NCBI RefSeq assembly: GCF_006345805.1
Contig: NC_043010.1
Span: 372,001 to 436,000, forward strand
Direction of reading: 5' to 3'
DNA length: 64,000 bases
Source: Octopus sinensis
Lineage: Eukaryota
Shown here: positions 49,330 to 62,617 of the stretch, in pieces
How positions within the stretch are numbered: the first letter of the stretch is position 1
How the letters are laid out: the number at the start of each line of letters is the position of its first letter
Program-made: the position numbers and the translations under genes
The notes under the pieces: generated by a model
Told to the model about the DNA's origin: nothing
Databases searched by the model: none
Seen by the model: the letters and a program-made list of their open reading frames with translations, nothing else

Positions 49330-49699
49330 TTCTTTCTTCAGATTTTCTTCCATTTCTCGCTGAGTGTTTTCCATACACTTAGGGCAGAGAAGCTCATTGT
49401 ATGCATTCCCAGATTACACATGCAAATTCATAGGTAAAATATATATTTAAAAAAATTAATAAATAAATAAATTCATGAATGGATGTTGTTTTCACAGCGA
49501 TAATGCTCTTCTCAGTACATGACTCATTCCAGATTTTTTGCACTTCCTGTAGGGATGGTAAGCCTGGTATCATTTTCAAATAGGTTTCAGTACCTTTTTT
49601 TTTATCATTCCTAGAGATCCTACAATCACTGGTACTGTAGTCGCCTTGAGATGCCACATTTTTTCAATTTCTATTAGCAAGTCTTTATATTTAGTGATA
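49330..49699 (-). mobile_element. Dong/R4-like retrotransposon 3' end (RLE endonuclease C-terminus) next to (TAA)n
   Basis: ITKYKDLLIEIEKMWHLKATTVPVIVGSLGMIKK / YLKMIPGLPSLQEVQKI; truncated at (tta)n 49700-49725. Confidence 0.65.
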
Positions 49700-49952
49700 T
49701 TATTATTATTATTATTATTATTATTAAGATAGCGAGCTAGCAGAATCGTTAGCACACCAGGCAAATTGCTTAATGGCATTTCATCTGTTTTTGTTCAAAT
49801 TTTGCTGAGGTTGACTTCGCCTCTCATCACATTTGGAATTGATAAGATAAGTACCTGTTGAGCACTGGGGTTGATTTAACTGACTTACTCAACTCCCCCA
49901 AAATTGCTGGCCTTGTGCAAAAATTTGAAATTGTCATTATTTTTATTATTAT

Positions 49953-50356
49953 AGGTGCAGGAGTGGCTGTGTGGTAAGAAGGCGGCAAGCTGGCAGAAAC
50001 ATTAGCATGCTGGGTGAAATGCTTAGTGGTATTTCATCTGCCATTACATTCTGAGTTCAAATTCTGCCAAGGTCGACTTTGCCTTTCATCCTTTCGGGGT
50101 CGATTAAATAAGTACCAGTTATGCACTGGGGTCAATGTAATCGACTTAATCCGTTTGTCTGTCCTTGTTTGTCCCCTCTATGTTTAGCCCCTTGTGGGCA
50201 ATAAAGAAAAAAAAAGCTTGCTTCCCAACCACATGTTTCTGGGTTCAGTCCCACTGCATGGCCCCTTGGGCAATTGTCTTCTGCTATAGCCTTGGCTGAC
50301 CAAAGCCTTGTGATGAATTTGGTCAACGGAAACAGGAAGAAGCCTGTCATATATAT

Positions 50357-50387
<31 letters not shown>

Positions 50388-50607
50388 TTATGTATATATA
50401 TTTATATTTGTGTGTCTGTCTTTGTCCCCCCTCCATCGCTTGACAAGTGATGTTGGTGTGCTTAGGTCCCCATAACTTAGTGGTTCAGCAAAAGAAACTG
50501 ACAGAATAAGTACTAGGCTTACAAAGAATAAGTCCTAGGTTGATTTGTTTGACTAAAGGCGGTGCTCCAGCATGGCCGCACTCAAATGACTGAAACAAGT
50601 GAAAGAA
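49953..50607 (+). mobile_element. Full microsatellite-containing SINE with a second SINE (49981-50214) nested in its head
   Basis: ggtgcaggagtggctgtgtggtaagaa|insert|gcttgcttcccaaccac... (TA)n ... ctgaaacaag. Confidence 0.8.
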
Positions 50608-50852
50608 TATTATTTTTATATTAGGTGGCAAATTGGCAGAGTTTTTGGATGCCAGGCAAAATGCTTAGCAGCATTTCATCCGTCTTCCCATCCTGAGTTC
50701 AAATACTGCCAATGTTGACTTTGCCTTTCATACTTTCGGGGTCGATAAAATAAGTACCAGTTGAACACTGGTGTCGATGTAATTGACTCATCCCCTCCTA
50801 CAAGATTGTTACTCTTGTTGAAAAATTTGAAACCATTATTATTATTATTATT

Positions 50853-51407
50853 GAGTGAGAGAGCAGTTCATGCCATCAAAGTGACACTGGGGTAAAATAT
50901 ACGAAGCCCAATATACCCATCATGACTACCCGTCTGATAAAGGTACACCAGGCACATGCATCACAACCATATGTGCGCGACATGGTGATCTCATATCAAG
51001 ATAACAGCACATGACCTTACAGGTGGGGCCCAGTTAGAATTTTCTCTTCAGGTTGAGTAGCCCATCCCGCTCAAACGGTCCCTGAATAGGGTTGTTTAAG
51101 GATGTTGAAAGAACCAACCCATGTTTCCAGAGGTGAACTATTCAAACCCCAAAGAATCCCTCTCAACACATGGCTATGATGCTCCCCCACTACTTCTGCT
51201 CGTGATCAGAGATGCACATATCTTCAGCCACTAAGGGACATGCTCAACTGGTTAAGGTCAAACAACTGACAAGCAAATCTGTGGTATTGAGCAGAATATT
51301 TGCTGTAGCCCATCTTTTATACCAAGACAAAACAATGTACATGATAACACTTCCAATCAGTTAAGATCAGAAGCCATGAGAGCCACTGCCTGGTACTGCA
51401 TCAGGGC

Positions 51408-51409
<2 letters not shown>
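50853..51409. mobile_element. About 560-bp non-coding element inserted in (TTA)n
   Basis: Complex, higher-GC sequence bounded on both sides by (tta)n; no ORF, no TIR. Confidence 0.5.
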
Positions 51410-51451
<42 letters not shown>

Positions 51452-51779
51452 TATTATTATTATTATTATTATTTTATTATACAGTGAGTACATCTACAGT
51501 ATATACTATACATGTGGAATACAGTAACTAACTCCTAGGAAACACTGTATTTCTGGAGCTAAGCAAGTACTCTTGAAATGTCGCATAGCACATACCAAAG
51601 AAATAAAATAGGGCATTACTGACATATGTACGTGTGTGTGTGTGTGTGCATGTGTGTGTGTGTGTGTGTGTGTTTGTGTTTGTCTGTGTGTGTGCTTGCC
51701 ATCTATCCCACTTGATAACCGGTGTTGGTTTTTATTATGTATCCTGTAACTTAGTGGTCTGGCAAAAGACACCAATATG

Positions 51780-51991
51780 ATGGCAGCAAGCTGGCAGAAC
51801 CCTTAGCATGCTGGGCGAAATGTTTAGCAGCATTTTGTCTGTCATTATGTTTTGAGTTCAAATTCTGCCGAGGTCAGCTTTGCCTTTCAGCCTTTTGGGA
51901 TCAATAAAGTAAGTACCAGTTGAGTATTGGGGTTAATGTAATTGACTTAGCCCTCCTCCAAAATTCAGGCCTTGTGCCTATAGCAGAAAGA

Positions 51992-52024
<33 letters not shown>

Positions 52025-52025
52025 C
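51780..52025 (+). mobile_element. tRNA-derived SINE with (TTA)n tail
   Basis: Family match to 10973. Confidence 0.75.
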
Positions 52026-52154
52026 ATAAAATGATGGGATGGTCATGGCTGGAATGCCTTTGTTCTTAGATCTGTTCAATGATCGAAAGCTAAATAAAAA
52101 TCCCTGACAACAGCATCACTGGTAGAAGCTGTAAGATTTGTAGTAATAACATCT

Positions 52155-52173
52155 TTGATAACAACACCACCAC

Positions 52174-52231
<58 letters not shown>

Positions 52232-52276
52232 CCACCACCAAGCACCAACCACCACCAAGCACCAATCACCACCACC

Positions 52277-52308
<32 letters not shown>

Positions 52309-54496
52309 CAACACCACCACCACCACCACCAACCAACCACCACCAACCAAACAATCACCACCACCACCACCACCACCACCACCACCACCACCACCACACC
52401 ACACAACAACAACAACCACCACCACCAAGCACCAACCACCACCAACCACCAATCACCACCACCACCACCACCACACACCACCACCAACCACTAACCACAC
52501 CACACCACCACCACCACCAACCAACCAACCACCACAACTCACCAAACCACCACCACCAACACCCCAACCACCACCACCACCAACCCCACAACCACCAACC
52601 ACCACCACCACCAAGCACCAACCACCAACCACCACCAACCACCAATCACCACCACCACCACCACCACCACCACCACCAACCACCAACCACTAACCACCAC
52701 CACCAACCACTAACCACCACCAACCACCACCACCACCAACCACTAACCACCACCAACCACCACCCACCACCACCACCACCACACCACCAACCACCAACAA
52801 CCACCACCACCACCACCAACCAACCACCCACCACCACCACCACCACCACCAACCACTAACCACCAATAACCACCACCACCACCACCACCACCAAGCACCA
52901 ACCACCAACCACCAATCACCACCACCACCACCACCACCATCACCAAGCACCAACCACTAACCACCACCAACCACCACCACCACCAACCACTAACCACTAA
53001 CCACCACCACCACCACCAACCACCAACAACCACCACCACCACCACCAACCACTAACAACCACCACCACCACCAACCACAAACCACCACCAACCACCACCA
53101 CCACCACCACCCACCACCAACACCACCACCACCACCACCAACCCCACTACCACCAACCACCACCACCACCACCACCAACCACCAACTCCACCCACCACCA
53201 CCACCAACAACCACCACACCACCACCCCACCCACCCCCCACCAACCACCAACAACCACCACCAACCAACCACTACCACCACCAACCACCACCACCACCAC
53301 CACCAACCACCAACAACCAACCACCACCACCAACCACTAACCACCACCACCACCACCCACCACCACCACCACCACCACCACCAACAACCACCACCACCAC
53401 CAACCACTAACCACCACCACCACCACCACCACCACCACCAACCACCAACAACCACCAACCACCACCACCACTAACCACCACCACCACCACCACCACCACC
53501 ACCACCAACCACCAACAACCACCACCACCACCAACCACTAACCACCACCAACCACCACCACCACCACCACACACCACCACCACCACTAACCCCCCACCCC
53601 ACCACCACCACCACCACCAACCACCAACAACCACCACCACCACCAACCACCAACCACCACCAACCACCACCACCACCACCACCACCACCAACCACCACAA
53701 CCACCACCACCACCAACCACTAACCAACCACCCCAACCACCACCACACCACCACCACAACCACCCCAACCACCACCACCACACCACCACCACCACCACCA
53801 AGCACCAAGCACCAACCACCAATCACCACACCACCACCACCACCACCAACCCCAACAACCACCACACCACCACCACCACCACACCACCACCAACCACCAA
53901 CAACACCAACCACCAACCACACCACCACCACCAACCACTACCACCAATCACCACCACCACCCCACCCCACCACCACCACCACAACACCACCCACCACCAC
54001 CACCACCACCCACCAACCACCACCACCACCACCACCACACACCACCACCAACCACTAACCCACCACCCACCACCACCCACCACCAACCACCACAACCACC
54101 ACCACCACCAACCACTAACCACCACCAACCACCACCACACCACCACCACCACCCACCACCAACCACCAACCAACCACCACCACCAACCACTACCACCACC
54201 ACCACCACCACCACCACACCACCACCACCCCCCACCACCACCACCACCAGCACCAACCACTAACCACCACCACCAACCACCACCACCACCACACCACCAC
54301 CACCACCACCACCCACCACCACCAACAAGCACCAACCACTAACCACCACCACCACCACCACACCACCACCAACCACCACCACCACCACCACCACCACCAC
54401 CAAGCACACCAACCACTAACCACCACCAACCACCACCACCACCAACCACTAACCACTAACCACCACCAACCACCACCAACACCACCACTAACCACC

Positions 54497-54528
<32 letters not shown>

Positions 54529-54535
54529 CAACACT
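52155..54535. repeat. 2.4-kb (CCA/CAA)n compound low-complexity tract
   Basis: Direct reading; recurring variants aaccact, caagcac and caatcac. Confidence 0.97.
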
Positions 54536-55330
54536 ACTTGTAAGAACAACACCAGAGCCAAAGATACTTCAGCAACAATATTAACAACATGAATAACACC
54601 ATCAGCAGCAACCTCACAAAGTTTACAAAACCAACAACTACAACAAAAATGAAGACCCCAAAACAACAAGAACCATAGCAACAAGTACAAATGCAACAAT
54701 ATCTACAAAAATAGGCAATAGTTATAGTAATAGCAGTAGTAGTAATAGTAGTAGTAGTGGTAGCAGCAGTAGTAGTAGTAGTATTTGTATTAATAGTAGT
54801 AACAATAGTTGTAGTAAGAGTTGTAGGGATATTAACAGTAGTAGTAGTAGTAGTAGCAGCAAACATAACTACAAAAAATTAAAATAAAAATTAATTGAAT
54901 TGACCAAAAAGTCATTAATAACAAGCTGAAATTATGTAAATCATCTTAGTTTTTTTGTGTTTTTGTTTATTCACACACACACATACAAATACACACGCAC
55001 ACACACATACAAATACACATGAATTTATTTTATAATTTTCTCCCCTTTATTTTATATATTTTGTATATTTTGTTTTTCTAGTTCTTTTCCTCTTGCCATA
55101 TTTTATGCTTTGAAAAATTATTTTCAAATATATTTATTGGTTATTACAAATTTTAATTAATGTTTAAAACATGTATATGTATGTTTAAAGCGTGTATATA
55201 TGTGTGTGTTTAAGAGAGAAAGAGAGGTGCATACACACACATGAATAATGTATGCTTTGTGTATACTTATATATTTGTTTGTATGTATATCTGCATAGTT
55301 CTTTTTTTATAAGAATGTGCGTGTATATAT

Positions 55331-55368
<38 letters not shown>

Positions 55369-56898
55369 CATTTGTGTGGCTTTGTGTGTGCATACGCATA
55401 TATCTACATGTATATATATTTGTGCAGTGTGCATATGTGTGAGACAATTTCAAAATGAATGAAAATATATATATATAATTCAAACACAAATCATAAGTGG
55501 ATTTTATACAGTACTTAGGATACAGAAGTGGCTACTTAAGTTTCTTGGAGATGCATACCAACAATACTTTATGAGAGTACATTTTTTGTACTTCAATAAA
55601 TTATCAGTCTGAGAAGCAACATGCAGTAACAAATTGTAGACTCCTACACATGGATTTATGCTAGATTCAAATGAATGCTTAAATCACAAAATTTATGGCT
55701 AACACTATAAAGTTAAGTGCGTTACACATTTAATTAGTATTATCATGGGTGCGTAACATATTGGTTACTCAGTTAAAAAAGCATAATCATTTTTTCCGAC
55801 AAATGCTGCAAAAAGCTTTTAATTGAGAAAGAGGAGGATGCAACGAGTTGTATGCATTGGAAAGCTCTGTCTTTTGATACTGAGATGGTAAATTCTGCTG
55901 CTCTGTTTTGTGATAACTTCTCAGTTAATGCATTGCTTCTCCGTATGATGATTTCTTGAGGTAGCCAAAATCTGGATTCTTCTTAGGTGCAATTGGAATG
56001 CATTTTTATGTATTGCTATCCATCATCTTCTCATCCCACACCCATTACTATTTTCCTTAAATTTCTCCACACTGAGATTTACCATTACCCATGCTTGCAC
56101 ATGTGTTCGCCATTCACTGCACTTACCTCTCTCCTCAACTCTTTTCACGAACCTACCTTGATTCTCTGTCCTTATTCTCTCTTTATCCAGCTTGTACCTC
56201 ATCTCTACTGTCTTTTCTCCTATTCCAACCAGGGTAGCTATATGTCTCTGCCACTGTAAGACACTTGTTCCCATCCTTCTATCATAATTTAGTCTCCCAC
56301 ACCTGATACAAAGCCACCTCCCTCAATACTCTTCCCCCACTCTAGAAGTTTAGTCTTGTGAGTTTCTCCTCTCCTAGCATAAGGCTTCTCCCTTGGGGTT
56401 CATACTCCTACAAACTGCATGGTGACCTCACTTGTGCTGGTGCCATGAAAAAAAAGCACCAAGTACACTTTGTAAAGGGGTTAGGGTTAGGAAGGCATCC
56501 AGCCATAGAAATCATGCCAAAAACAGACAATTGGAGCTCAACACAGTCCTCTGGCTTGTCAGATCCTCTCAAACAGTCCAACCCATGACAGCATGGAACA
56601 TGGAAATTAAATGATGATGACGACATGATTTGAATATAATTATGTTTAGCTCTGTGGCATTTTCATATGTTATTTGTCAGCTGAAGTAAATAAAAGATGA
56701 ATATATTAACAATAATGACAAAAAAAAAAACCCCAGAAAGAAAAGGAACCAACAAGTAAACCTTCTATTTTACCCCTAATGTGATCCATGGAATCTTTAA
56801 ACCTAATGCAAGGGCCAAAATGGACCAAATCATATGAAACCAGCAAAAAGAAAAAAAAGAAAAACGAAAAAAACTGGACCAAATAGACTTTTTTGCAT

Positions 56899-56935
<37 letters not shown>

Positions 56936-56937
56936 TG

Positions 56938-57008
<71 letters not shown>

Positions 57009-58211
57009 ATATATACAAATGCACACATAAATATGTTCTTTCAAGTATTTATTAGAAAAGTTGCTTTAGTTATTTTGTCATTCTTAGATTTAATATATAT
57101 ATATATAAACACACACACACACACACATATACATACTTATATGTGTGTATGTAAAAATATACACAACCTCTTCCACACACACACACACACACATTCCCAC
57201 AGATTGTCTAGAGTCTCCAGCCCCATGATGGAGATGTACATTGAACACAAATTAGTAATAAATTTTGAATATCTGAATGTTACCATTACACTGGAACTGT
57301 CTGTGAACCATATTTAAACTACTATACTATGTATGTGAATGTGTTGTGTCAGCTTTATTGTATGGCAAATGTGTTGAACTGTTGAACTTTAGAGATCTGA
57401 CTGTTTTAAACCAAAAATGAAGGAGCAAATCTATGTAAAGTAAACTACACTTAAGCAAAAGTAAACCAAACCAGAACAAACCATATCAAGCTAAACCAAA
57501 CCAAACCAAACCAGTCCAAATGAAGCCAAATTGAAATGGAACCAAAACAAACCGTATCAAACTATAGCAATCTAAATCAAACTACATCAAACCAGACCAA
57601 ATCAAGCCAAATTGAAGCCAAACCAAAGCAAGCCCAACCCAAATTATTTTCTGGTGATTAAAATAACTCATTTCTTTTTGTCCCTGAAGTGAAAATAAAA
57701 ATAATAAAAAAAAAAACAATAAATGAACAAAAAAAAAATCAACAAACTACACACGGTTCTAATAAAAATTTATTGTTTTATGACATCATGCATTTAAAAA
57801 TTTTCAATTTTACTTATTTGCATTTTTTTTTTTTTAAATTGTTTATATTTATGCTTGTCTCAGAGGTCAGAAATGTTAGAGTTTCAAACAAGATGGTTTG
57901 TGGTATTTACCATATTTGATGGCATAAAAGATGCATGAGCTCATTAAGTGTTGCCCAATTTCAGGAGAACATATTCAAGAAAAATGTTTTTAACACATTA
58001 ACCCTTTTGTTACCATATTTCTGTCAAAATATGCTGCCTTTGTTTCAGCTAGTTCTTAAAATAATGAAGAATTTAGTAAAATACCTTTCTCATTATTAAA
58101 CAGGGGTCTGGAACAAATTAGCGTAAAGTTTTGATGGAAGATTATAATTTAGACCTCTTTAAAACTGTAGGTTGCAATAATATTTAACCGTTTAGTATTC
58201 AGATTACTCAG

Positions 58212-58582
58212 AAGTGGCTGTGTGGTAAGTAGTTCCAGGTTCAGTCCCACTGCGTGGTACCTTGGACAAGTGTCTTCTACTATAGCCTCGGGCCAACCAA
58301 AGCCTTGTGAGTGGATTTGGTAGATGGAAACTGAAAGAAGCCCATTGTATATATATATATATATATTATATTAAATTAGAGACTTAAGCCAATACATATG
58401 ATTAATTTATATTATTTAAATGATATAAATTAATCATATGTATTGGCTTAAGTCTTTCATTGTTTGATTTGCCTAATAGTGGTTTTGTCTCTAATTTAAT
58501 ATAATATAATATTTTACTATAAAATTGGATTCAATCCTAAATCTGATTTTTCCCTGTAAGTTTGGATTTATTCCCTAATATT

Positions 58583-58618
<36 letters not shown>

Positions 58619-58839
58619 GTATGTGTTTGGCATATGTTTGTGTGTCTGTGTTTGTCCCCCCAACATCGCTTGACAACCGATGCCGGTGTGTTTATGTCCC
58701 CGTAACTTAGCAGTTTGGCAAAAGAGATTGATAGAATAAGTACTAGGCGTACAAAGAATAAGTCCTGGGGTTGATTTGCTAGACTAAAAGTGGTGCTCCA
58801 GCATGGCCACAGTCAAATGACTGAAACAAGTAAAAGACT

Positions 58840-58842
<3 letters not shown>
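58212..58842 (+). mobile_element. Full microsatellite-containing SINE hosting a palindromic insertion in its (TA)n tract; followed by (GA)n
   Basis: Head 58212-58347, body 58620-58842. Confidence 0.8.
58363..58587. mobile_element. TA-embedded asymmetric palindrome, same family as 12085-12484
   Basis: Centre near 58417; left arm lacks about 33 bp (agac microhomology); tail tttttccctgtaagtttggatttattccc. Confidence 0.7.
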
Positions 58843-58896
<54 letters not shown>

Positions 58897-59639
58897 TCAA
58901 GTCTAATGATTATTTATTCAAATTGTCTTGAATTAAGAATACATTATCTCATAACTTTGAGACTTCAATGATGTGATTGTTTCTTTTACTATGACATTGT
59001 AGACTAGGTGTGAAATGTTGGATCTGGCCAATTTAAATATAAAAGACACAGAATATTTTGGCCAGATATGGTTGGTTTGAATACTATAGGGTAATGCCAA
59101 TTTTGCATGCAGGATCTTTTTGAGATATTTTTTCTGGAAAAAAGTGCATCTTTTATATGCCATCAAATATGGGAGTTACAATCCTTTTCATACTGGTTTC
59201 AAATCCCACCAAGGTCCACTTTGTCTGTGATCCTTCCAGGGTTGATAAAATAAACACCAGTTAAGTAGAGTCAATTTAAAGAAATATATAACTGATGTAC
59301 TAATGAAGGAAATCCTAATTTACATCTAACTTGGTTTGGTCATCAAACTAGTTGTTTTTAATTAAGGTACAAGACCAACAATTTTGAGGCAAGAGGGTTA
59401 ATCAATACCGTCAACCTAGTACTTGTTTTAGTACCTTATTTGATCAACTCACAAAAGGATGTAAAGTGAAGTTGACTTTAGCATGATTTGACTTGATTCT
59501 GACCCCAAAAGTAAAGAAATTGAAGAAATACGCTAGGCATTTTCCACCAACACTTAATTGATTTTGACAATTAACCACCTTTCCAGAAATAGTAATTAAA
59601 ATCACTTTTTGATTATCTGATAAACCCCCCCCCCCTCAA

Positions 59640-60380
59640 GTGCTGAAATCACTTCAGTATAGCTGCCTTGAATATGTTATTGATCAATGCTATTGCAGAG
59701 ACAGTAACTTAACCACTTCTGCTGTGCCTGGGCTGTTTCCAGAAGGAAGTGCCTAGCCTCACCTACACTAATCATCTCTCCACTCATAGATATACCACAA
59801 AAGTCAAGACATTCATAGCATCTATGGAGGTGCAGAGGGTGCCAGATATTGGTTAAGTATAACTGTACATATTTGTCTTAGGGCCCATTCTTTCAGATTT
59901 TCTGTAAGGGTTTAAATAGCCTAAAAATGCATCCTTCTTATATCATAGCCAAACCATTTCATTCTGTTCCTTCTGATTCCCTCATAATAGTAAATTTATG
60001 TGGGAGAATTTTTTTAATGGAAGTATTTCTATGTTTCATAACCAATGGCCCTTGTCATGTGTTATAAACAGTTTCAAATAGCTATACCCCAAAGTATATA
60101 CCTAGAGAAGCATTTTGTTTTATGGAAGGCCACCAATGTCATTGATCACGAGTTCATGTCTAGCCTGCTCCACTTCTCTTTGTTACTGATGTTGTTTAAA
60201 AGGAAGGCAAGGCTAATATAGTTTGTCAGGAGGTCAAGCCAAAGCAGAAACTGCAAAGTATCTTTCCATCACCATCTGATACTAACAATTCCACCAGTCC
60301 ACCACTCTGGAATGGTACTCATTTGATAATCTTAGTATAGATCAGAAAATAACTGCGTTTCAAAATATTTCCCAAACCCT
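59640..60380 (-). mobile_element. Possible highly decayed non-LTR RT remnant
   Basis: Only weak motif remnants (GKILCS, GGLP); clade not assignable. Confidence 0.25.
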
Positions 60381-60899
60381 AGGCCTTGTAGTAAGAAGAA
60401 GACCTCCATTACTCGTATGTTACATTCGCAACAGCACAAAGCATGACATCCAATTAAAGAGAGTGTCTCATTGGCAAGAGACAAAATCAGAGGCATCAGA
60501 AGACGGAACAACTAAATCAAGTTAAAAAATGTTGCATTAATTGTATTTCATTACAGCTGTTTCTGAGATAGGCGATTACCTGCATTAATTGTATATGCAT
60601 CACTTCTCCTAGTGGATAGAAGCATATTTATCTTTAGTTTAGAGTTGAACATACTATGAACATATCAAGGATTATAATACATCTTGATGATGAGTGGGTC
60701 AAATGAATCAAAAACATGTTGATATAAATACTGTGAGACAAAATTAAATTTAGATGCAGGCATTTGGTTGGGAAATGACAATTTATTTTTAATTTTGTAA
60801 TTTAATTCAAAATGTAAAGAGGTTTTTCAGAGCAATTACATTATTTATATTTGTATTTTAACCTGTCATCTTGTTAAATGCCACTAACTGGCCTATGGG

Positions 60900-61960
60900 T
60901 AACTTTTGTAGAGTCTACTCTGTTGTAAGTGTTTATACCAGGGTACTGATCTGAGGCTGACTTCCTCTGTCAGTGTCTGCTGCATGTGCTGACAAAGCTC
61001 TTTCTGCTTCACTCTAAATCAAGGGTTTCGTTCTACCCTTTACTCTCTTTTATACATCAATGATCTTCTTGCTACTATATTCAACAACACCTACTCTTAT
61101 AATTCTTCAATCCTCCCTAACCATGCATTGTCCATATGCAACCTAGACACCATACACCAAACCTGTGTTGATTCCACAAACATAAACCTTGAGAACATCC
61201 ACCTTTGTGGCTATGACAACCATATCTCTTTTGACTATGAAAAATTTCATGCACTACTTATATGAAAACACTATTGCATCACACCTGCTCTACACACTCA
61301 GCTAGAGCCCTCACAATCACTCCAAATGTTGAGCCTTACTCTCAAGGATCTCTCCTGGAGAGAAAACACCCTCAGCAAGGCTAGGACTGCATCCCAGAGA
61401 CTAGCCCTTCTCTTTAGGACCAGAAGATTTTTCAACCCCCAACAGCTGCTGACACTCTATAAGGCCTAAACACGGTCTACAGGAGAGTACTATTCCCACA
61501 TTTGGGCAGGTGCTGAAGTTACACATTCTGACATCCTAGATTGTATCTAGAGAAAGACCACTTGGCTGATTGGCACCCCATCACTAACAGACACACCCCA
61601 TCCTCTGGTCCACAAATGTGCTATTTCCTTTCATTCTATTTTTGAGTGCTACTGTTTTAGTGCTCAAAACTACTGAAGTGCAACTAGAGCTTTTCTTTCA
61701 AGTGCTTCTTTTCTCCTTGGAGTTGGTTGGTTTTGAACCTCCATAGCTCAGGCATCCTTGATGCACTCATCTCCCCACTTTTCATCAACGTTGGTGTATC
61801 AACCTCCTTTCTCTGCACTAGCAACTATTTTAAATCCTTTCACAAAACATAGGCCCTCTGGAATCTCCTCCTTGCTCACGTCTTTCTTGTAGGTGTTTTA
61901 AAGAACATTGACATATTAACAACATCAATCTCACTCATTGTAAAAGGTCTGCGAGAGGGT
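60900..61960 (+). mobile_element. Decayed L2/CR1-group LINE RT remnant
   Basis: QG.VL.P.LF.LYINDL-like at 61020-61070; LLTLYKA...EYYSHIWAGA-like at 61445-61515. Confidence 0.6.
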
Positions 61961-62199
61961 GAGGGTCATAGTCTGTGTACATTTTCCCAAACTCAGCAAG
62001 TAATAAAAAAGAAAGAAAGGATGCTGCTCTCTGCAGACATTCATATCATTTCCAATGACATCGTAATCTTGTAATACAAAATAGAATCAATAGTAATGTA
62101 AATATACATGAAAAAAAAAAAGTCTTCCTTAAAAGCTTGTCTAATTAAATGTACAACCATTTACAGGATAACATTGGTGAGTACATCTTTGATTTATCT

Positions 62200-62617
62200 A
62201 CTTAAAGTGGAGGGAAGATGTGTAAGAAGGAAACCGAGGAAGACATGGGATGAAGTATTGGAAGCCAATCTCAAAATGCTGGACCTGATGAAGGAGATGA
62301 GAGAGGACTGAGATTTGTGGTGCTGTACTTGAGAGTACCTGCCCACCACAACAGAATTTAGATCCTAACACCAAGGTGCTACATAAAAAATGTTGGTTTG
62401 GGTGCTGGTGCCTTGTAAAAAGCACTGGTGATAATACCACATAAAAAGCACCCAGTACACTCTCTGGAGTGGTTGGCATTAAGAAGGGCATCCAGCTGTA
62501 TAAATCAAGTCTATGGAACCTGGTGCAGTCTCTGGTCTTACCAGTTCCTGTCAATCTGTCCAACGCATGCCAGCATGGAAAACACATTAAATTATGATGA
62601 TGATGATGATGATGATA
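62200..62617 (+). mobile_element. RTE LINE 3' end with (GAT)n tail
   Basis: LKVEGRCVRRKPRKTWDEVLEANLKMLDL followed by the tail family. Confidence 0.75.

Noticed and set aside
52076-54866. Poly-His/Pro/Thr and poly-Gly/Val/Trp ORFs
   Set aside because: Artefacts of the (CCA)n tract; open in many frames, with no domain or splice support.
55780-55985. Possible Tc1-like transposase remnant (NPDFGYLKK on the minus strand)
   Set aside because: One weak motif and no TIRs found.
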